A stretch of DNA of 63,973 nucleotides, filler included, from Folioceros fuciformis (Eukaryota): NCBI GenBank assembly GCA_049999805.1. It is 8 parts of 8 records of this genome, joined end to end, with 100 filler letters (N's around TTAATTAATTAA, not from the genome) between each part and the next. Parts side by side here need not be neighbours in the genome. Positions count along the whole stretch, not along the records: positions 1 to 15,994 come from JBNGIO010002942.1; positions 16,095 to 32,049 come from JBNGIO010002943.1; 6 more parts are not named here. One strand, written 5' to 3'. Position 1 is the stretch's first letter. Each line of letters starts with the position of its first letter. This document shows positions 11,846 to 24,700 of this stretch, one piece after another. Made by a program: the position numbers and the translations under genes. The notes beneath the pieces are model-generated. The model made no database searches, had not been told where the DNA came from, and saw only the letters and a list, made by a program, of their open reading frames with translations.

Positions 11846-14321
11846 CTTTCAAGCTGCATCAATGAGGACCTTCTCAAGTCTAACCCAAGGAGGTTTGCAT
11901 AAGCGAGAAAGACTTCACACAGGCGCAAGTTGTTTCTCTAATTGCAAAGTGAAGGATCTGGCGAGCCACCGAGGCCTTGGAACACAGTCAGCAAACTCTC
12001 CAGCATGTGTGGGAGGGCCCTGATGGTGAGGATGGTGGCGATGAAGACAATGCAATTGATGATAAGGCGGTAGAGGAGGTTGACAACTTTGATGCAGACG
12101 ATAGATCGCGCTTTCTCAATGTGAATGTTGTGTTGGATTCTGAGGCTCCCCAAGATCCTCCCGTGGTATAGAGTTCTCATAGAGTGGAGACAAGTTTTTG
12201 TAAATTGTTAATGTAGGAACAAAACTTGACGTGTTGAAGGCCTAACCTTCCCCTTACATGGTATGATATTTATTTGGAGCCCACTCACTTTTTTCATTAA
12301 ATAAGAAGCGGGCACCAGTCAGCCGGCGGCTCCCCCCTACCGTTCTGCATGCGTGCTGAGCACTCTGTGTATTTCATTACCGCTTGTAGGGTCGCAAGCT
12401 TAGGGATTCTGGTCATACCTCGATTTGATGTATACTACGAATGGTGTATCTTTTCGTCAAGGAGGTCTACCTCTCTACTAAGGGGGGTAGGACATTCACC
12501 CCCTTGCAGCTTTCTCGTGTTCTATGCTGACATTGTCAAAGCCAACGGTGGTCCAATCATGAGCCACCTTAACCTGACCTCCAGTTGGCATACCTTCGAC
12601 CCCATCAACTATCAATATGTCCTCACCTATGGAGTCCATCCTACATGTCCTTAATTCAAAACTTGCACCCAATCTCAACACCGTAAGTTAAGTAAAGAAT
12701 AGAGAAAAAAAAAAGGTACAACACTTAGGGACACGTCTTTCCCCTTAGACTATGTAGTCTAGACTTTGCAACTCTACTATGTCTACACTAGGTTAAACTT
12801 GAGAAATTTTCTAAATTAAAAAAAAATACATTTATATTTATGTGAAAAAAAGCCTAAACTCTTCAAAAGGGCAATTCTCTATGTGAAATTTTGGCATGGA
12901 AAAACACATCTAAGCATCCAAAGGGGTATGAGGAGAAACCCCTTTATTTTAGATGTTATTGCAAGTCCTCTCGGGTTCATCTACTACCCCCTAAATTTCC
13001 CATCCCACATGCACATATTTCTATGGCATCTTTCCATCCTTCAAAAGATGCGAGAATTCCATCTAGAGAACCTTGGTATATGAGAATCAAGCCTATGTTC
13101 AATATTGATGACTTTGAAGATGGAGAGCCATCTGACATCGCTCAAATTTGCAAGCGTTTGGGATGGACACTTGTGAGCATTAAGATGTGTATCGAAATTA
13201 CATCTAGTATTGTATTCCCAATTTTAAAAAGTTGGTTGTTCTTGGTCTTTAGGCTCTTGTTGACATGCTCTGAATTCGAGCATGTAGATGAGCGGTTTGA
13301 TTCTAAATTCTCACTCTTATTGCGTTCCTAGTATCAAGAAGTTTAGGGTTTAGGAATTATTATTCAATGGCCTTATTGCCAAAAGCCAAATATAGAATTG
13401 TTATATTACTCAGGGGTATACTATTATTTTTGTCATTCATGGTGAGTAAGTATAGACCATTTGAAGATAGCAGCCTTGGAGGCTCTATATGTGGGGTTTT
13501 GTCCAAGCAATTTGTTTGAGTAACATAGTCATACTTTTATCTCTGTATTAATCTCTTATGTCCCCTGGCCACATTGTGGATCACAACTTAGTGCATAAGC
13601 CTTGACTTTTAGCTTGTTTTCTTATTGGTTGGCCTCAAGTTCTAAATGCATGCTTTAGATGCATCACATTAGTGGCTTCATTCTCAATTTTGATCTCAGC
13701 TTAGCAAACTTGTTGGCTTTGCAAGTATCCATAGCTGTGCTACTTCGCAATGCAACAATTGCTTAAGGGTGCATATCAGGAAACATCCTTTCTTAATGCT
13801 TAGATAAATCAAAAGATGAGGCCACGATAGGAAGAAAAAGAGCCCAACTTCCAACAAAGGCTATCCACATAGAGGCCTCCTTAACCAGTAGACTTGTATT
13901 TTCAATTGTGAAATGTAGACACACTTGTTGATGATTAGGGTTGATTTCTATTAAAGCCTATTCACTAGGAGAGTTATGCTTTGGAACAAAGACTGTAGAA
14001 ATTATAAATTTGTGTCTACAATGACATAAATAGGAAGATTAAAATAACCATTTACCACTTAGGTTATAGAGACAAAATTGTTTTCTACTAATCATGACAA
14101 GGCCATTTGTAGAGTAGTGGTAGGTGTTTCTCTCAAAAGTGGACAAATTTTTTTTAGTTGTGAGTTCTTTATGTCTTGCAATGGTTATTTGAGCATGTCA
14201 AAATTTGACCAAACTAAGCACTAACTACTTAAGCATTTCAAGGACTTTTCCTTTTCCTTTTCTCAAGCTTTAGTTTCTAGACAAAGACAAGGATATATAC
14301 ATAGTAAAGAATAAGGAACTA

Positions 14322-14471
14322 ATGATGGCTTTCACACAACTACTTGGTACAGCTGCATGTGCTACATTATTTGCAGTTCTGATGGCATTATGGCACATTT
14401 ATCAACACTTGATAAACTATACAGAGCCTACATACCAACGTTATATAGTGCGCATCATATTTATGGTTCCT
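14322..14471 (+). CDS. LAZ1-like: LAZ1-homolog / TMEM184 (OST-alpha family) membrane protein, first coding exon
   Basis: WHIYQHLINYTEPTYQRYIVRIIFMVP is the hallmark plant LAZ1-homolog sequence. The exon ends at a phase-0 GTAAGT donor (14472). Confidence 0.93.
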
Positions 14472-15451
14472 GTAAGTGCATGTGAACTAACATATCATGT
14501 ACAATGTTGTATGCATAAACAAAAGTTCAACTGCTTGTGCTTTCCTTCCTTGCTTACTCTTATATGTGTACACATTTCATGGGGCCAATTCATATTTATT
14601 TCATAAATTGCGTTATGAATTAAAAATATTCCTTTTAAATTTTATATCTTTAAATTATTCTTTTGAGAAATCATGGAAGAAAAGAAACCAAACTTTCAAT
14701 CCTTTGTTATCATCTTTGTTTTGTTAATATATTTCTAAGATTAGGAAAATAAGGAAAAGTATATAGTTGTAGGTTGATAAAGTACACAAGAGGAAGAAAA
14801 TTTGCTTGCAAAACATGTTGTTTGCTATCTTTCCTAGCATCTTCCTCACTCTGGAGACATCTTACATACCATCCTTTATCCTCTCCTCCCCTCACGTGCT
14901 GAAACCTTTCTCCATAGCCCAAGCAACATCTATGTGGGGGAACTCCCAACTATCTTCTTTTCCCTTTCCCTTCGCACCATCTCTCTCTTCCCGCCCTTCC
15001 TTGTGACTTGGACAACATCTCTCCCTTCATTCCATGGCGTCTACCACGCTTACTTGATTTACTCCCTCTAGGTCATGTACCACCTTTATGTTAATCCTAC
15101 ATTTTTCTGCTCTCATTACCTTCTCCCTCTTAATCTCACTCCTCATGGGTTACATTACATCTTGTGCTCTCTCTCACTCTCATTGTAATCCCTTGTTAAC
15201 CCATTTCCTTCAACACCACTTGTAGAAGTTCCATTTACACATACCCCCCATCTACACTTGTCCTCCTTATCCTTGAGCCTACCTTTATTCTCACATCACC
15301 CTTTTCCTCACCACAAAGATAAGGATACATCATAGGAGATCACATATATACAAAAAATTCTTCTTATTTGAATAAAATCACAAAAGATTTATCTAGGCAT
15401 GTGTACTAGATTAGAAAGATTATTGATAATACTTCTTGAATTACACAACAG

Positions 15452-15525
15452 GTTTATGCAATGGCTTCTTTTTTATCATTATGTGTATCTAATGGTGCTA
15501 TCTACTTCAGCTCAATTCGGGATGT
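15452..15525 (+). CDS. LAZ1-like: LAZ1-homolog / TMEM184, second coding exon
   Basis: CAG acceptor 15449-15451, reads VYAMASFLSLCVSNGAIYFSSIRD in frame with exon 1, and ends at a GTGCGT donor (15526). Missed by the ORF track. Confidence 0.9.
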
Positions 15526-15994
15526 GTGCGTAACAAGATCGCAAATGTTTGATTTTTGTTCATTTTTGTCATCTTCTTGAAAGAATAGGTTAATGCTTTA
15601 AACTAAAGTAGAGATGGACGCATGCATAAAAATGGGTCAAAGAGAAATTTTGGAAAGTTGGCCAAGTTGAAATCTTCTTTCTTAAGCTTAATTGTACAAG
15701 CAATAAGATATCTAAATTTCTCTCAAACAAAGTGTTTCGCTAATTAGTTTTATGGTAGAATAGTGATATGGTTTCTTTTTATTCGAGGGTTAGCCCCTAG
15801 TGTTCCTACCATGGTTTATCTCCCTCTTTATGGGTAGATGGGTTTTTCCATCTTGTTTTCTCAAGTAAATAAATCATTTAGTTCATCAATCAAAAACGTA
15901 TATATGTTGAATGTTCAAATATAGGTTGTGTGTTTTCTTTTTTAAAAAATATTTAATTATATATTTAATCGGATTTGTTTAATAATAATAATAA

Positions 15995-16094
15995 NNNNNN
16001 NNNNNNNNNNNNNNNNNNNNNNNNNNNNNNNNNNNNNNTTAATTAATTAANNNNNNNNNNNNNNNNNNNNNNNNNNNNNNNNNNNNNNNNNNNN
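15995..16094. other. Artificial assembly spacer (also 32050-32149, 41316-41415, 49433-49532, 54578-54677, 61160-61259, 62746-62845)
   Basis: Identical 44N + TTAATTAATTAA + 44N blocks; the 12-mer puts stop codons in all six frames. Confidence 0.98.
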
Positions 16095-16105
16095 CAGCTG
16101 CATAT

Positions 16106-16504
16106 TGTTGAGATGTCACCCCCGCCATGCTCAAAGGAGGTTAAAACAAGTTAGTTGAAGCAAGATGCAGAATCCCAAAAATAAGAGCACTATAACAAAG
16201 CTCTTAAACTCAAATAAAAAGGAGAATTACAAAAACAACACAATACAAGTGAAGAGGGAGTTAGACTGCAAATACTAAGTGGGTTCATCCCTTCTTTTAT
16301 GGACCTATGGGTGGCACTCTCATTTCGTGCCCAATATGGGATAAATGACCCCAAACCCTACAATACTTTTTTGCCTAACATAGCAAAGTCTAATAAGCTA
16401 TATTTATATATTGATCATAACCTTAATCACTCTTACCACTAATTAGTACAAACTCAATAAGCTAGATTAGCACTAATTAATCTCAACATTAATTATGCTT
16501 AACA
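16106..16504. mobile_element. Solo LTR with 5-bp TSD CATAT
   Basis: TGTTGAGATG...CTTAACA flanked by CATAT (16101-16105, 16505-16509); nearly identical to 51188-51589. Confidence 0.93.
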
Positions 16505-16559
16505 CATATGTCTAATGATGAATAAATAAATAAATATCCGTAAAAGAGATAGTGAGACT

Positions 16560-19500
16560 ATTGAGTCTTATATCAATAAGTTTTGCACAGCTCATGCGAC
16601 TCTCTCATATTGTGGGACCACATTTACAGAATCTCAAGCTGCCATTAGCTTCTTAGCATCTCCGCCTGAAAGTTATTCTCAATTCATTGGTTCACAGAAT
16701 GCCACCATTCAAGCTTCTAGCCCTGGTGCTACTGTAACTCTTGAGCAAGTGTTTGGAGCATTGATTGCTGAAGAAAGAAGGGGAAGTCTACACAAGACCA
16801 AGTCCAACTCACAGCAGAGCTCAAGAGTCCTGTTTACCTCCAAGGGATGTCGTAGTGGCAGAGGTAGAGGGCGAGGTAGCCCTAGACAAGGTGCAGCATC
16901 TACTTCTCGTCAGCCCAACCTTCAAAGGAAAACCTTCACCTGCGATTGGTGCAATATACCTAGGCATTAGGGGAAGGATTATAGGGAAAAGAGAGCTGGT
17001 GAACCCGGGAAGGAGTGTTCGTCCCCAGAATCTAATGTTGCAAGTTCCAAAGGACTATCCAAAACACCTTCTATCTCAGCAGTTTGCTTGTCTTCCATTC
17101 AGATTCAGACGGATATGTGGTTTTTAGATTCAGGTGCCACCTGCCGCATTTGCTATGATAGGAGTGCTTTCATTGTTTTCAACACACTTTCTGACCATCA
17201 CCAGTACTCCTAGGGGATGATAGTGGGTTAGCCATAAAGAGCTCAGGTTCTGTTAAGATCCAATTACTTGATGGCTCCATTCTCCCCATCTCAAGTGTGT
17301 TATTCATCCCATCTATGACCAAAAATCTCATGTCAGTGATGCAATTGACAGAGGAACAATACTGTAGAATATGCTTTGATCACAATGGTTGTTCTGTGAC
17401 TAGTCATAGTACCCCAGCTGACTTTTTTATAGGAACCCCATTTAATGACTTGTACCTCCTCAACGTTCAAACACAGTATGTCCAAACTCCTATTGTCCAT
17501 GTGCACAAGGTTCCGGCCTTTCTCCAACTCGATTATGGTACTGCCGTCTAGGGCATGTTAACTTTAACAGATTCTATACCTTAGTTGATAACTATGTCTT
17601 GCGAGATCTCTTATCTTTCTCCTTTGACAATAAAGCCTTTTGTGAATCTTCTCAGTTGAGCAAGACCATTTCTCAACCCTATAAAGATTTGAACGTATCT
17701 CGTGCTATCAGCCTTCTTCATACTATCCACGGTGACATTTGTGGTCCTATGTCTACCACGTCTTTTGGGGGAGCATCCTACTTCATTACTTTCCTTGACG
17801 AGTGGAGCCGATACTGTATAGTGTTTGTTCTTGCCCACAAGAGTGAGGCCTTATCCTGTTCTTAGACTTATTCGACATCTTCTTATTGTCAAACTGGGCA
17901 CAAGCTGAAAATTTTGAGGACAAACAATGGTGGTGAATACACGAGTCATGCATTCAAGGATTTTTGTGTTGGAGAGGGAGTCCTTCATCAATTCACAGTC
18001 CCCTACACGCCAGCACAAAATGCCCTCGCCAAACGCAAGAATAGAACACTTTAGGAGGCCACCCTATCCAGCTTATCTTTTGCAGGCCTAACTAAAGGCT
18101 ATTGGACAAAAGCCCTCATGGTTGCAAACTATGTTCAAAATAAATTGCCTGCTAAGGACACCTTATGAGCGGTAGACTTGTAAGAAGCCCCGCATTACTC
18201 ATCTTCAAATATTTGGAGCTCCCGCAGATGATTTCATTCCTCAGCATTGAGAAGTAAGCTTGACCCAAAGGCAGTACGATGCATTTTCATTGGATACTCA
18301 GATGAAGTAAAAGGATACAAGTTGTTTGATCCTACCTCCCAACAAGTTTCCTTCTACAGAAGTGTTGTTTTTCATGAGAATGCCCTTCTATGATGTCATG
18401 AAGTTGCTTTGGCACTATTTGCCCTCGAACCCACAGTTTCTATCCATGGTGTTCATGATTTGGACGATTTTCATACTGATGCTGATTCTGACATCTCCAT
18501 TTTTTGATGTTGATGAAGTACCCAGTTCAACTCCCTCGGCTTCAGGGGGCAAGACAACATTTGGGACACCTGATCTTCCACCACCAATAGTCTCCCAACC
18601 AGATGAGTCCTCTGTTCCCTCCATTGACGAACCCTCTAAAGTTGATCCTGTCACTGCTCTTGATGACAAGCCTGCTTATGGACCAACTTTAGAAACATCT
18701 GAACCACCAGTTTCAGAAGCAGTTGAACCTCACCATTCTCAGACGATTGAGCCTGCAACAGAACTAGTACTACATCGATCAACTCGTCACAAACCACCAT
18801 GTAGTGAATGGCCTGAACCTCGCTTTGCAGCTAGCCTTGTTGCAAACACCTCAAACTCCTCAGTTAGTTTCCATACCTTAGAGCCCACAACTTACCAGGA
18901 GGCAATTATTGGCCCCAAAGTTGATCATTGGAAGAAGGCCATCAAGTCTGAATACAATTCTCTAATATCTAACCAGACTTGGAAACTAGTAGATTTGCTG
19001 AAGGGCCGTAAGCATGTTGCTTACAAATGGGTATTCAAAAAGAAGTTGAATATTGATGCCAGTGTAGGTCGTTATAAGACAAGGTTGGTTGCTAAAGGTT
19101 ATAGCCAGATAGCAGGATTGGATTATAATGAAACCTTCACCCCTGTAGTTAAGTCCACTTCTATCATAATACTACTTTCCCTAGCTGCTCATTATGGACT
19201 TCTGGTGCATCAGTTAGATGTTAAAACTACTTTTGTGAATGGATCACTAGAAGAAGAAATTTACATGGCTCAGCCACGAGGTTTCGAAATAGATATGGAT
19301 AAGGTTTGCCAGTTGCTCAAAACACTCTATTGCTTGAAACAATCAAGACGAGCCTGGAATGAAACATTCCATGCTTTGCTTATTGAGCTAGGGTTTACAT
19401 GCCTAGACGTTGACATTAGTGAATATATCTTATGGGAAGGTGCAAACTTTCTTATCTTAACAGTTTATGTAGATGACAACTTTCTATTTAGTACATCTGC

Positions 19501-21390
19501 TACATCGATGGCTAGGATAAAAGGAGTTCTGCTTTCTTGTTTCGACATGACCAACTTGGGCCAACTTACTTTCTCACTTGGTGTCCAATTTCATTTTTCT
19601 GAGGACAGACATATCATTGAGATTCACAAGGATACATCAACTGCTACAGCGATTTAATATGTTTGACGCTCGCCATGTTTCAACCCCTATGTCAACAGGT
19701 GATAAGCTCTCTAAGGAGCAGTGCCCAACGACAAAGGAGGAAAAATATACAATGGCAACACGTCCCTATGGGCAAGTTGTATGTAGTTTGATTTATGTAG
19801 CTTGAGGGGTATACAATAGGTATCATCAGGAGCCACCACATCGTGGTGTGATTACCAATCGGCTATCGCCTCATCGAAAAATCTGGTTTTTCATGCACAT
19901 TGAGATTACTCACCATTTTATTCGGCAGGCTGCTGATACATGAGAGGTGAAGGTCCATTACATCCCAACAACAGACAATATAACAGATCTCCTAACTAAG
20001 GTTTTACCCAAGGCCTCCCCATTCAAGGCAATCTATAGCAGCAAGACTCAAGCTTATCACTATTACATATAAAACTGGTACAGCACACTAAGCTGAGATG
20101 CAATCCCCTGTCTTCAAATGTGAACATGGTAGTCCTGATCCCTTATCTTTATCATCAGAGCCTTCAGTAGGTTTTCAGCTCTTTTGAGCTTGTCGAGTAG
20201 GGTTGCAAGTCAAGGAACAGAATTTCATTAGTAGTTGAGGCAGAAGGTGACTGAAAGATCAGAGAGGTAGATAAGGTGGATGAAGCATCACTTACAGCCA
20301 ATCCCTTCTTCTTCCTCTTCAAAGTCGTCATATCTCTTTTTCTTTTGAGCCTTCTCTTTAAAGGGAGTGACATGACTGCCCTTAGGAATTTTGGTTGCAC
20401 ACACTAACACCATCTGATCATCCTTGCTCAGTTTTTCTTTTGCTCCAGAGGTGAGATTGTAGGCATATTAATGATCATGTTCCCCATCTTCAGCAAGTAG
20501 AGCTCTCTCCATTACTTCACGATACTGATGTATGGACAATCTCCCACCTTTTCCATCATAGGTCTTCTCAAATGAAACCTAAGGGGGTGTATCATAGACT
20601 TGGACTTTATCTCTTGTAGGTGTCATTGTCTTCAAGTAGACCTTTGCATAGTCTTTCTGTCTTTGCTCTCCTTCAGTCTTGCTCGTGTCTATGTTGGAGG
20701 GATAGTGTTCACAGATTGATCGGTGAAGAATCCATTAGCGACATGAGTATCTCAAAGCAAGAATTGACTCTCGTCCACATTGAATGCACTCTATGCCTCT
20801 TGAAGCAGCTTTGGGAGAGACCTCCATCAGCACACAGCTGTGGTTGCAGCCCTTAATCCAAATTCCCAACAGACTGATGACGAACCAGGCAAGTATAAGA
20901 GCAGCAACAAGATTGGACAGCTCGAATAAAGAATGGTGGAACGCCATTGTGCTTTATCCTGCAAGTTGGAGCGTAGAGCTAGCTGGAGCGCCACAAGACT
21001 ATAGGCTGAGCATGATGGAGTTAGACATGAGGAACAGACGTAAGAAAATTTGTCACTCTTGCACTCATGGAGTTGTGCATACCACCTGATACTTGTTTCA
21101 GGGTTTAGGTTTAAATTCCTTTTGGCTTAATTCTAAATCCCAATTATTAGACTAAGAGGGAGCAAAGGAATATTGATAACGCATAGGTTATATATTTTGC
21201 GATAGCCTAATAATTAGTTACAACTACTTTTCAGACTCTTGTATATATGCTACTTTTTCCCATTACACAAAATAACTATTTTTCATTTTGCATAGCCGGG
21301 TGCTCTTCGTGCCCATGGTTGTGCCCATGGTTGTACCCCCGCATCTTCCATCGCGTATATGTGCATAAGGACTCCCACTAGCTCAGTAAA
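16560..21390 (+). mobile_element. Degenerate Ty1/copia element (gag end, PR, IN, RT, partly deleted RNase H, ~1.1-kb 3' spacer with antisense gene, PPT ~21154, degenerate 3' LTR; right boundary approximate)
   Basis: CDWCNIPRH knuckle, WFLDSGAT, TIHGDICGP, YKTRLVAKGYSQ, HQLDVKTTF, LTVYVDD. Purine tract AAGAGGGAGCAAAGGAA followed by TATTGATAAC. Confidence 0.88.
20114..20947 (-). pseudogene. Antisense two-exon gene in the copia 3' region (exon1 20947-20296, intron 20295-20203, exon2 20202-20114), putative C2HC zinc-finger protein
   Basis: A single frame runs from ATG 20947 with three TAA/TAG stops. GTAAGT donor, TACTAAT branch site, acceptor ACTTGCAA (AG mutated to AA). The phase-1 splice gives in-frame SLLDKLKRAENLLKALMIKIRDQDYHVHI*. 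Confidence 0.7.
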
Positions 21391-21752
21391 GGACATTGTA
21401 GGCTTGCAAGTTTTGCTAATTTAGCAACTGTATGTGAGGTAACAAAATGTGACTAGGATTTTGGCAGAGACAACATAAGGGCTGCATATAGGTCCTCTTC
21501 ATGCATCACCTTTCCGTATGTGCTCTCACATTGTGTAGCAAGTGTTCTAAACATGCCAACATGTCCTTTTCCTTAAATCCTTTACCAGCCAAACTTAATG
21601 TGTTTGCCATTTTGAAATCGAATGTTGACGTTGGATTGATGATTTCGGGATTGATGATCAAGGTTTGCTGCCATACAATGAATCGAAGGTATTTTCTATT
21701 ACTGAAAAGAGATGGAAAGTCCCATAATGAATCTACAAAATGTGGTAAGGGG

Positions 21753-24700
21753 CTAGGCCTAAATATCAGTTCGCCAGGGTACGACCTGGCGAACCGACAT
21801 GCCATGCCATGAGCATGGCCTGCCTCTCCCATACCCCTCTCTCTCGTATCCGTGCCAACCCGCGACCAAGCCACCGGGGGCGAGGGGAACTAACCCGCGA
21901 TCAGGCCACCGGGGGTGAGGGGAACTTCCCGTCGTCCTGAATACTACGGCGATACTTTGGCACGATACAAAGTCAAACTCGTCGGCACACACAGCGTTTA
22001 GGCATGCGCAGCTGGGACGCACGGAGGCAGGTGTGGAGGAGGATCACCAAGACGAGCAGAGAGGATGATCACCAAGACTGAGTTTTTGATTATTTGCAGC
22101 ATTGGTCAAAACATATGAAGGGAGACATTACTGGCACCTACATCGCACCTACACCTACGCTAGTTTTCTTTGTCTGCTGATAAATTCCAAGTCACTCTCT
22201 TCTTCTTTTTCTTCGGTGGTGAGAAGAATGGCTTAATCCTGACGATGTTGGTGTCCCCCTCGTTGGTGGTGAATGCTTGAAGAGGCTGCCGTGTTGCAGG
22301 CATTTCCTGCTCATATGCAATCAAATGCTGAACATCCATGAGTGTACTTTTCACCAAAAGTGCTGCATCCCCCACGACTTCCTTATTCTTGTGCATCTAA
22401 TTCACAATAGCATTGCAATCTTGCTCTAGGAAGCGAATCTGATCTTCTGTTCCACTTTCGTTACATAAAACACCCTCCACAGCGGGTTGCAGGTTGCACG
22501 AAACGCTTTCCATCAACTGTTCTCTATTATCACATAAAGCAAGAGTTGTTACAGGCCCTTGAATTACCAGACCATTCGTTGCTGTATAATAACGTTTCAT
22601 TCGGAGTGTGTATGAGAGCACTCCAAGCATATCCTACACTTTCACGATGTGTTTACAAATAAAGCCTTTCCTCCCTTGAGCACACTCACATGTAGCCCAC
22701 ATGGAATCTGCATTCTCAATTGTATATGTCACATGGGCATCTGTTGAACTCCTGCATAAAGCTGTGGTCCAAGGTGGGGAAGGCAAAGTAACATTATCAT
22801 CGTCAATCAGAGTTGCCCCATCTATTACAGTGTGCACCAATTTCTCCTCGGTTTGTGTTAACCACATACCCTCCTTCTTTGCAATGGTTCACATACCAAT
22901 AATGGGACGCAATTACGAAGCACAATTGATGTAACAGCCAGTCTAATACCCTGCCAGCAAGAGATGCCCTCGTAAGACTAAGTTTCTGCTTAAAACACCG
23001 ATGCTATGCCTCTATAACAGAGGCACAGTCTTGCCCTGCATGCGGAAGCATGCGGGCATTTTTATGAACATGCCTGCAATCAAAACAGGCCTTGTGAAGA
23101 TGTGTATGTGCACAAGCTTGAAAAGGGAGAATACGAGGTTAGAGCTATGGACTAACCTAGTTGTGCACCCCGGGTTGTTCTGAAATAGCCCACGAATGCG
23201 GGTTGCCGTTTCTCCCACTTGGCATAGAAGGAAAATAGCAAATGCTCAACCTCCCGAATTGTATCTCAAATTGTTGTGCTGGAACCCTTGACGTACATCA
23301 GTTCACCTAATGCCCCATATGGCTTCCTTGTCTACCCTCTTTTGGACTTTCTTAATAAGATTAAGGAGCCAAGCACAATGCACATGCCAGAGGTAAAGAA
23401 GAAGAGGAACACTATAATTGTAAACCTTTCGAATTGCAGCAATCTTAGCTGCACAAGGGCAACCAATTTGCATCCTTACTTAACGAAACCTCATGAAAAG
23501 ATGTCAACCACCTGGCTATGGTGTCACTTTTATCGTCCTTTGCCAAAACCCACGCTATCGAAATACCATTCATATGAAGGTCGAAAGCCATAATTGTGAA
23601 GAGCTGGTACTTGTACTGGTTTACACCAAACGTGGAGTCAATCCCGAGCACATTATTCGTACCATGTGTCAAACAGGTCTGAAGCATGAACGGGGTCTCA
23701 ATCCCCAAACAAAACGACTGATCAATAGTGGACTTGTGAAACACAAATGCAGCATTGAGCCATGTTCATATACCCACACTAATATTGTCATCTTGATGAT
23801 GTTTCCACACTGTACCTTGCAAGTCGACGGGAAGATTGTCAATGTCTGCACTTGTCAAGAAATCATCTCTAACCTGGACATACTGTCACTCATACTCCAA
23901 GCTCGTTGAAAGCCCACAACATTTTGCCCGCACCTGCTCCTAGTGTTGTCTAAGAATCTCTGACACAAAAACATTACATAGTAAACCATGTTTCACCCAT
24001 GCCTTGTTGTCAGCACTCAAGTGAGAAGCCCTGACATTGTTTAGCATGCCTATGTACTCTAGGCCATGACACACTCTTTCAGAAACATCCACGTGCATAG
24101 TTTTGTATAATGTTACTTGAGCAATTACTGGCCATCTTCGTAGCTGTGCAATGACAAACGAAGCTTGACAACCGTGTTTGATGCTTTCACCGTTAGCAAT
24201 CCAAGGCTGTCTACGCTTCTTCTCACCCTCCACAGTAATAGGTACAGGTGGTGGAGGCATGGGAACATTCCGCAATTCCTGTGGCCCATATGCACAACAA
24301 TAAATGCAAGCAAAACACTAAAGATGAAATCTTTCAATGATACCAACAAGCAGAAAGTAAACGGATTGAATCCTTAGGGTCCATACATACCGTGTTGTGA
24401 CAATGGCTGCATCTAGCTTCAAACAACTTACTGTTGAAGTATTGCTGGCCGGCCCTCTACGAGATGCCTTGTAATAATTTGTAGGAGCATGTGACAATGA
24501 GTTCATGTCCTCTATGAAATCTTGCACTCTAGTCCAAGGGATGTAAGCTAGTTGTTGTTGTTTGTCTTGGCCAGGACAAAATGGATGCTTTTATGAGATT
24601 GCTGCTATTCCAAGTCATTGAAAGAAAATTTCCCTTCACCAGGCCTCTGAACTGCAAAAGGACAATGCACTGCAACCTCATCCATCGCTCGAGCACGATC

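Noticed and set aside
12321-12340. AGCCGGCGGCT palindrome followed by CTAC as a Helitron 3' end that might carry the methyltransferase
   Set aside because: The stem is too short, the terminus is not CTRR, and no 5' TC end or Rep/helicase sequence was found.
12349-13331. Several 60-146-aa ORFs between the methyltransferase and the LAZ1-like gene
   Set aside because: No recognisable motifs, no supporting splice structure and no second copy in the window.
14472-14727. ORF-track extension of the LAZ1-like ORF to 14606, and ORF 14497-14727
   Set aside because: Similarity ends at the GTAAGT donor; the remainder is AT-rich intron.
16039-16050. Recurrent TTAATTAATTAA palindrome
   Set aside because: Always centred in 100-bp N blocks, so it is an artificial six-frame-stop linker. 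Adjacency across these spacers is not trusted.
20251-20295. Alternative acceptor TTTCAG for the antisense intron
   Set aside because: It would give a 45-nt intron, short for plants. The distal site has the branch point and matches the acceptor context of the 27-kb copy.
21400-21752. Minus-strand protein-like frame left of the MULE element
   Set aside because: The ORF start lies inside the TIR and no family could be recognised.
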